Below, piece after piece: positions 9,194 through 18,244 of a DNA stretch of 64,000 nucleotides (its first letter is position 1; each line of letters opens with the position of its first letter). The position numbers and the translations under genes were made by a program. The notes under the pieces are model-generated. The model was given only the letters and a program-made list of their open reading frames with translations, ran no database searches and was not told where the DNA came from. Source of the stretch: an uncultured Actinomycetota bacterium (GTDB lineage: Bacteria > Actinomycetota > Actinomycetes > Mycobacteriales > CAVVZQ01); assembly GCA_963752715.1 (NCBI GenBank), contig CAVVZQ010000002.1, positions 139,542 to 203,541 of the forward strand. Reading direction: 5' to 3'.

Positions 9194-10553
9194 CGGCCGA
9201 CGGCGCGGACGGCGCGAGGCGCACCCGGGCCAGCAGCACCAGCCCGCCCACGAAGAAGACCGCCAGGATCGCCATGCCCAGCCGGTAGCTGCCGGTGAGC
9301 TGGAACAGCAGCCCGAAGATCAGGGGCCCGAGCCAGGCGGTGCCGCGGTCCCCGAGCTGGTACAGGCTGAACCACTCGGTCTCCTGTCCCGAGGGGATCA
9401 GCCGGGCGTAGACCGAGCGGGACAGCGCCTGCGTGGCGCCCACGATGAAGCCGCCCACCGCTGCGGCGGAGAAGAAGGCCGGGACCGAGCCGGCTGGAGC
9501 TACCGCAGCCGCCAGAACGACGGCGGTCCAGGCCACGAGCATGCCTGCGATGGTGCGCTGCGGACCGAACCGTGCCGCGACCCGCACCATCGCCAGGGAG
9601 CCGACGAAGGCCAGCACCATGAGGGCGGTGATGGCGGGGAGCATCCGGGTCCGGTCGAACCCGAGCTCCTCGATGGCGTAGAGCGCAATGACCGCGAACA
9701 CCGTCTGGACGCCCTGGTTGTAGAAGAGGTAGGCGAGCAGGAAGCGCAGCATTTTCGAGTCATGTCGGGCCTGCCGGAGGCTGGCACGGAGCTGCTGGTG
9801 CCCGGCCGAGAACAGGTTCCCGGTGTGGGGTACGGCGGGCCACGGCACGCTTCGCAGGGCGCGCACCGTGACCAGTGTGAAGCCGGCCCACCACAGGCCC
9901 GCGAAGACGAAGGCGAAGCGCACCGCCGTGGACTCGGAGATGCCCAGGGTGTCGCGGCCCGCTTCGACGGCGAGACCCACCGCGAGCACGATCCCGCCGC
10001 CCACGTAGCCCAGGGCCCATCCGCGGGAGGAGACCCCGTCGGACTCCTCGAACGTGGCGATGCGGGGGAGGAAGGCGTTGTAGACGGCATAGCTGGTGGT
10101 GAGCGCCACGCTGCTGGCGACCAGCAGGACGACCGCCAGCATCCACAGGTGTGCGGTCACGAGCGCGAGCGAGATCGTTGCCAGCGCTCCGAGAGAGGCG
10201 ATGACCCACAGCGCCATGACCGCCCGTCCCGTTATGTCAACCCATGCGCCGAGGCCGGGAAGCACCACGGCCGTGCACACGACGGCCAGAGCGACAGCGA
10301 AGGGGAACACCGCGCCCGGACGCAGCCCCAGACCCAGCACCGTGACGGTCTGGTCCGGTCCGGCGCGAGCTTTGGCGAGGTCGGTCAGGAAGGGGCCGAG
10401 GAACACCGCGATGACCGCAGTGGCGTAGGCGCTGCTGGCCCAGTCGTATACGTACCAGCCACGCTGCCACCGCAGGCGGGTGAACCGAGACGCCGCGCCC
10501 GGGGTGTCCGGCAAGGACCCCGGATCCGGCGCGGGATGCGCGGAAGGGGTCAT
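9183..10553 (-). CDS. MFS transporter, UMF1/Atg22-like
   Basis: [26 protein letters not shown]-terminal signature and about 12 TM segments. ATG at 10551-10553. Its 3' end overlaps the ldh 3' end by 11 nt. Confidence 0.8.
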   Translation of the reverse strand: MTPSAHPAPDPGSLPDTPGAASRFTRLRWQRGWYVYDWASSAYATAVIAVFLGPFLTDLAKARAGPDQTVTVLGLGLRPGAVFPFAVALAVVCTAVVLPGLGAWVDITGRAVMALWVIASLGALATISLALVTAHLWMLAVVLLVASSVALTTSYAVYNAFLPRIATFEESDGVSSRGWALGYVGGGIVLAVGLAVEAGRDTLGISESTAVRFAFVFAGLWWAGFTLVTVRALRSVPWPAVPHTGNLFSAGHQQLRASLRQARHDSKMLRFLLAYLFYNQGVQTVFAVIALYAIEELGFDRTRMLPAITALMVLAFVGSLAMVRVAARFGPQRTIAGMLVAWTAVVLAAAVAPAGSVPAFFSAAAVGGFIVGATQALSRSVYARLIPSGQETEWFSLYQLGDRGTAWLGPLIFGLLFQLTGSYRLGMAILAVFFVGGLVLLARVRLAPSAPSAATT

Positions 10554-10669
10554 TCCGGTGACGCTACCGGCTTGTCCGGGGTCGCGCGCGAGGCCGCGCA
10601 GCCTCGCGGACAACGGCGGCCCGCCACTGAGGTGGCCGGCCTGAGGCAGCCCGGAGCCGCTCTCCCGGT

Positions 10670-10697
10670 TACGCCGATAAGGCACATTATGTTAGGT
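10670..10697 (+). other. dif: candidate dif (XerC/XerD dimer-resolution) site
   Basis: TACGCCGATAA-GGCACA-TTATGTTAGGT has an 11-6-11 layout. By hand, 18/28 positions match E. coli dif GGTGCGCATAATGTATATTATGTTAAAT (recalled), including 9/11 in the XerD arm. It is the most AT-rich stretch of a 278-bp intergenic gap. Confidence 0.5.
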
Positions 10698-10831
10698 AGT
10701 GACGACGGGGCCGGAGGGGTCCTCCCCACGTGACCCCACCACAGGCGTGACCCCACCACAGGCCCGGCAGCACGTGCCCCGGCAGGAGGCACACCGGCGT
10801 AGACAACACCGGCAGCAGGTGTCACCGGACG

Positions 10832-11710
10832 CTACGACGGCCTCGCTCGAAGGATGACCGTCGACCCCTCGCTCAGCGCGAGACCCTCCGACGCGCGGCC
10901 ACCGGTGACGGCGAGCTGAACCCAGCCTGCGGAGTCCTCCATGATCGCCAGGCTTCCGGCCGCCACATCGCCGAACGTTCCGGCCGCGGGCACTCGTACG
11001 GTCCTGCCGTCGGGTAGCCGCAGCTCCGCCTCGGCGGTGGGCCCCTCCGGCCGGCCGGCGCCCGGGGGCAGAACACCGGACGTGACGAGCTCGTGCCAGC
11101 TCAGCGCGAGCTGCACGTTGCCGAAGGAGTCCACGGCGGTCACCGCCACGCGTACCGACCCCTCGCCCAGCTCACGAACCGGCGGTGCCAGCACCACGAG
11201 GCTGTCCGGGTCGATGCCCGGTCCCAGTCGTTCCACCGGGGTGCCGACGGCCAGAAGCGCTGCCGCGGGGGCGAAGATGTCGCGGCCGTGGAAGGTGCGC
11301 GAGACAGCGACCGCGGTTCTCGCAGCCGAGGCGGTGGTCTCCCTGGACGCGGGAGCCTCGACGGACACGGCGGTCCGTACTCCGCCCAGCCGCAGCGCAG
11401 CCTCCATGAGCAGCCCGTTGTCCGGACCCACGAGGGCCGAGCCGTCCGTCGTGCCGAGCGCCACCGCGCGGCGGGCGGTGCCGACTCCCGGGTCGACGAC
11501 AGCGAGATGCACGGCCCGAGGGAAGTACGGTGCTGCCTCGGCGAGCACCCGAGCGCCCCGCAGGACGTCCCCCCGGGGCACCTCGTGGGTGATGTCCACG
11601 ATCTGGGCCGTGGACGCCCCGGTGAGTACGACGCCTTTGCAGACCGCGACGAAAGCATCCCGGGTGCCGTAGTCGGTCGTGAAGGTGACGACCGCGGGAC
11701 GCGCCCCCAC
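10832..11710 (-). CDS. S-adenosyl-L-methionine hydroxide adenosyltransferase (DUF62 / SAM hydrolase family)
   Basis: VTFTTDYGTRDAFVAVCKGV, VVDPGVGTARRAV, FHGRDIFAPAAA and SFGNV parallel the Asp-Arg-His triad regions of DUF62 hydrolases. No fluorinase-type loop insertion. GTG at 11708-11710, 2 nt after the upstream stop. Confidence 0.8.
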   Translation of the reverse strand: MGARPAVVTFTTDYGTRDAFVAVCKGVVLTGASTAQIVDITHEVPRGDVLRGARVLAEAAPYFPRAVHLAVVDPGVGTARRAVALGTTDGSALVGPDNGLLMEAALRLGGVRTAVSVEAPASRETTASAARTAVAVSRTFHGRDIFAPAAALLAVGTPVERLGPGIDPDSLVVLAPPVRELGEGSVRVAVTAVDSFGNVQLALSWHELVTSGVLPPGAGRPEGPTAEAELRLPDGRTVRVPAAGTFGDVAAGSLAIMEDSAGWVQLAVTGGRASEGLALSEGSTVILRARPS

Positions 11711-11712
11711 GC

Positions 11713-13278
11713 TCAGGCTCGGCCCTCGAACAGGCCAGCCACGGCCGCAGCTTCCATGATGCTGTTGGGCTCGTACGGGCAGCGCCACATGCCACCGTGG
11801 TTGGCACCCATGACGAAGAGGTCCAGCGGATGCTCCAGGGGCACGTCGGAGTGCGCGGTGGAGTGCGGGTTGCGCAGGTCGTGGACCAGCATCCCGGCCA
11901 TCAGGGCGTTGGACGTGGGCGGGTCGAACACCTCGAGGCCGAAGCGCTTCATCCCGCCGTAGGCCAGCGCGAAGGCGCGGTTCTTGACCACCGACCGGGT
12001 ACGGGTGGGGGGCGCGATGTTGATCGAGGCGGTCGCCCCCTCCGAGCGCGCCACCGAGGCCCGCCACCGCTGCATGCGCTTGGCCAGCGCGTAGTTGGGT
12101 CCCTGGCGCGGCACCAGGTTGTCCGCGACACCGTAGGGCACCCCGTGCGTGTCGTAGGCGGCGTGCTTGTAGTGGGGCTCGAACACCCGGCCACCGCTGA
12201 CCGCTCCGACCGGCTTCTCGAAGATCCCCGGCACCGTACGGTCGGCGTAGCGGCGGCGCGCGTCGGAGACCGCGTCCCAGGGGACGCTGAACACGTCGGT
12301 GGGGGTGGCGAGGAACGCCAGGGTCAGGTGCCCGTGGCGGCGCTGCAGGTCAGTCATGACCGCGTCGATGGCCACGGAGACCCGGACGTGGGTGCCACCG
12401 TCGGCGTAGACGTAGTTGCCCACGGTCAGCGGGCCCTCGGCCTCGGCCAGCCAGGTCCGCACCTCGGGCGCCTGCGTGATCAGGTCCGCACCGGCGATTC
12501 CGACCAGGGTCGCGTCGTCGTCGGGCCCGGTTGACTCGCGCCCGGCCATCGGGTGGATCAGTGGCACGGGAACGGTGATCGACCCTCTCCCCCTGCGGGC
12601 ATGCGTCAGGATCCGGCCCCACCGCTCCTCGCCCGGCAGGTCCACGGCGAGCACCTTCGCTCCCCACTGGCACAGCTGCTGGTACGGGCCCATCTCGGAG
12701 CCCGCGCCCAGCACGGCGACCGTCTGGTCGTCGAGGTCGAGCCAGTCGCGGTTGCGCATGACCAGTCGCAGCGACTCCGCGAGGCTGGGCTCGACGATGC
12801 CGCCGTCCACCCAGGCGTCGAGCTGCGCGCGCAGGCCGTCCCCGCGCAGCACCCGACCGCGGTACGGAACGGCGAACTCGGGTACCGGTCCCCGGGAGCG
12901 GCCCCGGACCGTCACCGCTCCGAGCGTGGGCTCGGTATGGGTGCTCATCGCCTGCGCGATGGTCGTCGTCCGCCCGTCCCGCCCGAACTGCATGCGCGAG
13001 AGCAGCGAAGCCAGCCCGTCGCGGGAGATCGTCATGGCGTTCTCCTCGGAGCGGATGCCGATCTCGACCAGCTGCACGATGTGCTCGATGTACTTGTTGC
13101 GCCAGTCCCGCTCGTTGTCGATGTGTGCCGCCACGTCCGGGTCGACGGCGCGGACCGCGTCGGCGAAGACCGAGCGGTTCACCACGAGGGTGCTCGACGT
13201 GCCGTCGGGTCCGGCCGGGAACACCACACCCTCCCGCAACGGAGCGCCGGTCGTGACCGGCTCGCCCTTCTCCGCCAT
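11713..13278 (-). CDS. uncharacterised 521-aa protein with SDR-like (Rossmann, YxxxK) C-terminal half
   Basis: ATG 13276-13278 preceded by AGGAGG. VAVLGAGSEMGPYQQLCQWGAKVLAVDLP (GxGxxxG), then GPNYALAKRMQ (YxxxK) and ASINIAPPTRTRSV (SDR-like vn.i.PG..T). The N-terminal 200 aa are unrecognised. Confidence 0.6.
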   Translation of the reverse strand: MAEKGEPVTTGAPLREGVVFPAGPDGTSSTLVVNRSVFADAVRAVDPDVAAHIDNERDWRNKYIEHIVQLVEIGIRSEENAMTISRDGLASLLSRMQFGRDGRTTTIAQAMSTHTEPTLGAVTVRGRSRGPVPEFAVPYRGRVLRGDGLRAQLDAWVDGGIVEPSLAESLRLVMRNRDWLDLDDQTVAVLGAGSEMGPYQQLCQWGAKVLAVDLPGEERWGRILTHARRGRGSITVPVPLIHPMAGRESTGPDDDATLVGIAGADLITQAPEVRTWLAEAEGPLTVGNYVYADGGTHVRVSVAIDAVMTDLQRRHGHLTLAFLATPTDVFSVPWDAVSDARRRYADRTVPGIFEKPVGAVSGGRVFEPHYKHAAYDTHGVPYGVADNLVPRQGPNYALAKRMQRWRASVARSEGATASINIAPPTRTRSVVKNRAFALAYGGMKRFGLEVFDPPTSNALMAGMLVHDLRNPHSTAHSDVPLEHPLDLFVMGANHGGMWRCPYEPNSIMEAAAVAGLFEGRA

Positions 13279-13400
13279 CGATCCTCCTCGTCTGCCCTCC
13301 GTGGGAACAGTAGGTACGCTACTGCTAAGAAGGTCGCAGGACCTACCGGGGCGACAAACGACACAGGCAGCGTGCACCGGGTGCAGGAGGTGAAGGCACA

Positions 13401-13646
13401 ATGCTCGACGAGGAACTGCACCAGCGCATCAACGCCCTGGCGGCAGAGGAGCACCAGCTCATCAGTGCCCATCGCGACGGCCACGGGCTCACCGACGAGG
13501 AGCGCATCCGACTGCGTCGACTGGAGGTCTCGCTGGACCGCGCCTGGGACCTGCTGCGGCAGCGGGCGGCACGCCGGTCGGCGGGGCTGGACCCCGACGG
13601 CGCTGTGGAGCGCGACGGCGCAACGGTCGAGAACTACCTCAGCTGA
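13401..13646 (+). CDS. DUF2630 family protein
   Basis: INALAAEEHQL...LTDEERIRLRRLEVSLDRAWDLLRQR...VENYL matches my recollection of DUF2630. GGAGG precedes the ATG. Confidence 0.7.
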   Translation: MLDEELHQRINALAAEEHQLISAHRDGHGLTDEERIRLRRLEVSLDRAWDLLRQRAARRSAGLDPDGAVERDGATVENYLS

Positions 13647-13754
13647 AGGTCTGAGGCCATCACTTCCGCTGCCTCTCCCCCGCCCCCCGGTGACCCGCTC
13701 ACGACCGGTACGTCCGGGTCCTCCGCGCGCCACGCGCACCTGACGCCTACCGCG

Positions 13755-14234
13755 GTGGTGGACATCGACGGAGTGGTCGCAGACGTCCGCCACCGACTGC
13801 ACCACCTCGAGCGCCGCTACAAGGACTGGCACGCCTTCTTCTCCGCCGCCGACCGCGACCCGCCCCATCCCGAAGGCCTCGCCGTGGTCCGCAAGTGCCT
13901 GGAGGAAGGTCTTGCAGTGCACTGGCTCACCGGGCGACCGGAGTTCATGCGCTCCCTCACCGAGGGCTGGCTGCGCTCGCACGAACTGCCGGATGCTCCG
14001 CTGACCATGCGTCCGCTCTACAACCGGCAGCCCGCCCGGCTGCTCAAGCGGGAACGGGTCTCGGCGCTGTCCGAGCATGCGGAGATCCGCGTGGTGATCG
14101 ATGACGACTCCGAGGTAGTGCTGGCGCTGCGCAAGGCCGGCTACCCGGTGATGCACGCGCAGTGGGCGCCACGGGAGCGCTGGCACGGGTCCGACGTGCT
14201 CACCCAGATCCAGGAGGGCGAAGGCCGTACCTGA
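13755..14234 (+). CDS. HAD-like phosphatase domain protein
   Basis: VVDIDGVVADV (DxDG motif I) at the N-terminus, LTGRPE (motif II-like), VVIDDDSEVV (motif IV-like). GTG start. Confidence 0.55.
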   Translation: MVDIDGVVADVRHRLHHLERRYKDWHAFFSAADRDPPHPEGLAVVRKCLEEGLAVHWLTGRPEFMRSLTEGWLRSHELPDAPLTMRPLYNRQPARLLKRERVSALSEHAEIRVVIDDDSEVVLALRKAGYPVMHAQWAPRERWHGSDVLTQIQEGEGRT

Positions 14235-14319
14235 CCGTCATCCACCCTTCTCCGCCGTCCTCCCGGGCTGCCGGACTCGCCGTCCTCCCGGCCTGACAGT
14301 CCGGATACGTCAACTGGAT

Positions 14320-15807
14320 CTAACCCTCAACCTCAACGTGAGACTCTGCCTCGGGCCACCGGGCGACGACGTTGCGGGCCGCGGAGGTCTCATCCGGCCT
14401 GCTGACCGGCGTGCGGTGCGGTGCCGACCGGAGAGACTCCGGGTCGGTCTCCGCCTGCCGCACGATCTCTGCGAGGGCGGCCGCGAAGCGCTCCAGGGTC
14501 TCCGCACTCTCCGTCTCGGTCGGCTCCACCATGAGCGCCTCGTCGACGATCAGCGGGAAGTACATGGTCGGGGGGTGCACGCCGTGGTCGATCAGCGCCT
14601 TGGCCACGTCCAGCGCACGTATGCCGTAGTCGCGGCGCAGGGCCCGCGCGGAGACCACGAACTCGTGCATGACCGGACCCGGGAACGGTGCCTGCAGCTG
14701 CGGCGGCATGAGGGAGAGCAGGTAGTTGGCGTTGAGCACGGCCCGGGCGCTCGATGCCCGCAGGCCGTCGAGCCCGAGCAGGTAGATGTAGGTGTAGGCG
14801 CGTACCAGTACGCCGATGTTCCCGTGCCAGCCGCTCACCCGGCCGATGGAGTGCGGCGGCTCCGCCCAGTCGTAGACGCCCTCCCCCAGGGCGACGGGCC
14901 GCGGCCCGGGCAGGTAGGGGACGAGGTCGTCGGCCACCGCCACGGGCCCGGCCCCCGGGCCGCCTCCGCCGTGGGGCGTGGCGAAGGTCTTGTGCGTGTT
15001 GATGTGGACGACGTCGAAGCCCATGTCGCCGGGGCGCGCGTGGCCGACGATGGCGTTGAGGTTCGCCCCGTCGTAGTACAGCTTCGCCCCGGCCGCGTGG
15101 ACCACGTCGGCGATCTCGGCGATGCGGCGCTCGAAGAGCCCCAGGGTGTTGGGGTTGGTGAGCATCAGCGCCGCGACGTCGTCGTCCAGCGCAGCCTCCA
15201 GGGCCGCGACGTCGACCAGCCCGTCCGGGCCGCTGGGCAGGACCGTCGTGCGGTAGCCGGCCGCCGCGGCCGAGGCCGCGTTGGTGCCATGTGCCTGGTC
15301 CGGAATCAGCACCCGCTGCCGGGCATGTCCGTGCGAGGCGATGTGCCAGGCCCGGATCATCAGGAGTGCGGTGAGCTCTCCCGCTGCGCCCGCGGGAGGC
15401 TGGAAGGTCACCGCGCTCATCCCGGTGAGTGCACAGAGCATGCCCTCCAGCTCGACGAGCAGCTCCAGCAGCCCCTGTGTCTGAGCAGCGGGCTGAGCGG
15501 GGTGGACCCGCGTGAAACCGGGTTCTGCCGCCGTGCGGTCCGCCACGCGCGGGTTGTACTTCATCGTGCACGAGCCGAGGGGGTAGAAGCCCTCGTCCAC
15601 CGAGTAGGTGCGGTGGGCCAGCCCGGTGTAGTGCGCCACCAGGTCGCGCTCCGAGACTTCGGGCAGTGCTGGCGGGCGGCTGGCCAGCAGCCCCACCGGA
15701 AGGTCGGCGAGGATGCCCTCGGTCGATATCCCACTCGTCCCGAACGCAGCGCTCGACCTGCCCGGACGGCTGCGCTCGGCAAGCGTCGGAAGCTCCTGCT
15801 GTGTCAC
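14320..15807 (-). CDS. gcvPB: glycine dehydrogenase (aminomethyl-transferring) subunit 2
   Basis: YPLGSCTMKYNP, HGTNAASA, HINTHKTFATPHGGGGPGAGPVAV. GTG 15805-15807 overlaps the gcvPA stop (GTGA). Confidence 0.9.
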   Translation of the reverse strand: MTQQELPTLAERSRPGRSSAAFGTSGISTEGILADLPVGLLASRPPALPEVSERDLVAHYTGLAHRTYSVDEGFYPLGSCTMKYNPRVADRTAAEPGFTRVHPAQPAAQTQGLLELLVELEGMLCALTGMSAVTFQPPAGAAGELTALLMIRAWHIASHGHARQRVLIPDQAHGTNAASAAAAGYRTTVLPSGPDGLVDVAALEAALDDDVAALMLTNPNTLGLFERRIAEIADVVHAAGAKLYYDGANLNAIVGHARPGDMGFDVVHINTHKTFATPHGGGGPGAGPVAVADDLVPYLPGPRPVALGEGVYDWAEPPHSIGRVSGWHGNIGVLVRAYTYIYLLGLDGLRASSARAVLNANYLLSLMPPQLQAPFPGPVMHEFVVSARALRRDYGIRALDVAKALIDHGVHPPTMYFPLIVDEALMVEPTETESAETLERFAAALAEIVRQAETDPESLRSAPHRTPVSRPDETSAARNVVARWPEAESHVEVEG

Positions 15808-17333
15808 CGCCGCCTCCCCTCGGCCGGTTGCGGCCCGTCGCCCGACTCGCCGTGCTGGGCACGGGGTGGCTCTCCCCCGGCACCGGGCCCGTGGTGCCGC
15901 TCGCCCCGCGCTCGACGGGCCTTCGGCCTCGCCACCTCTGTGAGGCCCGCCATGGCCTCGGCGAGTGCTGAGATCTGCTCGTCGGTGCGCCGCTCGGTGA
16001 CCGCGACCAGCAGCAGGTCCTCGTCCCCGACGCGCACCACAGGACCGACCAGCACGTTGCGCTCCGCCAGCGCCGCGGCGACCAGGTGGGGGTCGGGCAG
16101 CCGCAGGGCGAACTCCTTGCCCATGGCCGCCGTCGGGTAGGCGAGCGGAACGACCTCTTCGAGCCGCTGTGCGGCCAGGCGGGCGCCTGCCAGGCAGCGC
16201 AGACCGACCTCGACCAGCCCGTGCGGCCCCAGCCATGCCAGGTAGGCAGCGGTCGCCAGTGCGTTGAGGGCCTGGTTCGTGCAGATGTTGCTCGTTGCCC
16301 GTTCCCGCCGGATGTGCTGTTCGCGGGCCTGCAGGGTGAGGACGTAGGAGCGGCGGTCCTCGGTGTCCCGCGTCTGGCCCACCAGGCGTCCCGGCAGCAG
16401 TCGCATGTCCTCCCGACGCACCGCCATCATGCCGACACCCGGTCCTCCGAAGGATGCGGGGTTGCCCACCGAAATCCCGTCGGCCACAACGACGTCGGCG
16501 CCGATTCGTCCGGGCGGCTCGAGCACGCCCGCCAGGATCGGGTCGAAGTGCACCACAAGGCGCGCTCCCTCGTCATGGGCCACCTCAGCCAGCGCGGGCA
16601 CGGCCTCGAGCAGGCCCAGCACGTTCGGGTGCTGCACCACGACGGCCGCCGCCTGCTGGGCCAGGTGCCCGACGGTCTGCGGGTCGCACGCCCCCTCCTC
16701 CCCCAGCGGGGCGTAGACGAGTTCCAGGCCGAGGCCGCGGCAGTAGGTCGCGAGCACCTGCCGTATCCGGGGGTCGACTCCGCGCGTGACGACGACCCGG
16801 TTGCGGCCGGTCGCGGTGGCGCACAGCCGGGCGGCCTCGACCAGGGCGGTCGCGCCGTCGTAGAGGCTGGCGTTGGCCATCGGCAGGCCCAGCACCTCGG
16901 AGGTCATGGACTGGAACTCGAACAGCCCCTGGAGGAGTCCTTGGCTCAGCTCGGCCTGGTAGGGCGTGTACGAGGTGGCGAACTCGCTTCGGGTGGCCAC
17001 CCACTCGACGAAGGCGGGAACGTAGTGGTCGTAGACCCCGCCACCGAGAAACGAGACTGCCGAGTCCATCGTGAGGGAGCGGGAAGCCAGCTCGCGCAGC
17101 CGGTCGCGAGCCTCCGGCTCGGCGTGGCCCTCCCCCACCCCGAAACCCGCCGCGACACCCGGTTCGTGACCCATGCCCAGATCCGGGCCCCGAGCCGGCC
17201 CCCGAGCCGGCCCCATGTCCGGTCGCAGCCTCAGGTCCTGCGGGATGACGTCGAAGAGCGCGTCCACGTCAGGCAGGCCGAGCCGCCCGAGCATGGCGCG
17301 GTCGTCGTCCTCGGTATGAGGAGCGAAGCGCAC
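15804..17333 (-). CDS. gcvPA: glycine dehydrogenase (aminomethyl-transferring) subunit 1
   Basis: VRFAPHTEDDDRAMLGRLGL..., SFLGGGVYDHYVP, YTPYQAELSQG, ATSNICTNQAL. GTG 17331-17333 preceded by GGGGGAGG. An in-frame PARG-PARG repeat lies at 17183-17217. Confidence 0.9.
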   Translation of the reverse strand: MRFAPHTEDDDRAMLGRLGLPDVDALFDVIPQDLRLRPDMGPARGPARGPDLGMGHEPGVAAGFGVGEGHAEPEARDRLRELASRSLTMDSAVSFLGGGVYDHYVPAFVEWVATRSEFATSYTPYQAELSQGLLQGLFEFQSMTSEVLGLPMANASLYDGATALVEAARLCATATGRNRVVVTRGVDPRIRQVLATYCRGLGLELVYAPLGEEGACDPQTVGHLAQQAAAVVVQHPNVLGLLEAVPALAEVAHDEGARLVVHFDPILAGVLEPPGRIGADVVVADGISVGNPASFGGPGVGMMAVRREDMRLLPGRLVGQTRDTEDRRSYVLTLQAREQHIRRERATSNICTNQALNALATAAYLAWLGPHGLVEVGLRCLAGARLAAQRLEEVVPLAYPTAAMGKEFALRLPDPHLVAAALAERNVLVGPVVRVGDEDLLLVAVTERRTDEQISALAEAMAGLTEVARPKARRARGERHHGPGAGGEPPRAQHGESGDGPQPAEGRRR

Positions 17334-17408
17334 CGATGACCTCCCCCTGTCGAGCCAGCCGAGACGGCCGCCTGACGAGCGCCGGGCGCCCGACGGGGGC
17401 GTCACACG

Positions 17409-18116
17409 TCAGGCCGAGGACCGGCGTCGCCTCCGGCTGGCCAGCTCGTCGACGTGAGCGTCCGCCGGTCCGCCGTCCGCCGCCTCGACATCCGCGCCGG
17501 GCTGAGCCCCGTCCGCGGCGGCGTCGCGCTGCCCCGCCTCCGGGTGCTCCGCCGGAAACGCTGCCAGGTGCCCCTGGACCTCTCGCAGCGTACCTGCCAC
17601 GGCGATGCCGAACACCGCCTGACCGCCTTGCAGCAGGTCGATGATCTCCTCCGGCGAACGGCACTCGTACACCGTCGTGCCGTCGCTGATCAGCGTGATC
17701 GACGCGAGGTCCTCCGTACCGCGTTCCCGCAGCTGCTCCACGGCCACGCGGATGTTCTGCAGGCTGACTCCCGCCTCGAGGAGCCGCTTGACGACCTTGA
17801 GGACGATGATGTCCCGGAAGGAGTACAGGCGCTGGGTGCCGGACCCGCTCGCGTCCCGGACGCTGGGGACGACGAGGCCGGTACGGGCCCAGTAGTCGAG
17901 CTGACGGTAGGTGATCCCGGCGACGGCGCAGGCCGTCGGTCCCCGGTAGCCGGTGTCGGCCTCCTCCGGAGAGTCGAACAGCGCCGGCTGCGAGGCTGAT
18001 GCCGCCCTGGTGTCCGCGTGGCCAGCCCCGGTGTCTGCATGAGCAGCGCTGTCCCCCGGCGCGGCCACGTGCGGCGTCGGCATGCCGTCCTCACGGGTCT
18101 CGTCGCGCTCAGTCAC
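17409..18116 (-). CDS. MerR family transcriptional regulator (Rv1830-like position)
   Basis: ITYRQLDYWARTGLVVPS...RLYSFRDIIVLKVVKRLLEAGVSLQNI helix-turn-helix. GTG 18114-18116 is 5 nt after AGGAGG. Alternative ATG at 18083. Confidence 0.8.
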   Translation of the reverse strand: MTERDETREDGMPTPHVAAPGDSAAHADTGAGHADTRAASASQPALFDSPEEADTGYRGPTACAVAGITYRQLDYWARTGLVVPSVRDASGSGTQRLYSFRDIIVLKVVKRLLEAGVSLQNIRVAVEQLRERGTEDLASITLISDGTTVYECRSPEEIIDLLQGGQAVFGIAVAGTLREVQGHLAAFPAEHPEAGQRDAAADGAQPGADVEAADGGPADAHVDELASRRRRRSSA

Positions 18117-18244
18117 AGTCGCCTCCTGAGGGGTGTTCCGCCGGGGCGGAACACGCCCTGTAGTCCCTGTTGGTCGTGACGCTAGGGCGCTCGGTCCCGC
18201 ACGGTCAAACATTCCCGGCGGCGTGGCGTAGAGGTAACCCTTGA

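Noticed and set aside
10554-10690. Structured 5' leader or riboswitch for the UMF1 transporter (CGGGAGAGCGGCTCCGGGCTGCCTCAGGCC..., 8-bp hairpin cgcgaggc/gcctcgcg)
   Set aside because: No match to any riboswitch core I can recall. GC-rich hairpins are expected by chance at this composition.
17334-17408. Glycine riboswitch upstream of gcvPA, as found in mycobacteria and Streptomyces
   Set aside because: Only 75 nt are available. I could not find the conserved GGAGAG...CACCGAAGGGGCAA...CUCAGGCAAAAGGAC-type core, only a loose CTCGTCAGGC. This needs a covariance-model search to be sure.
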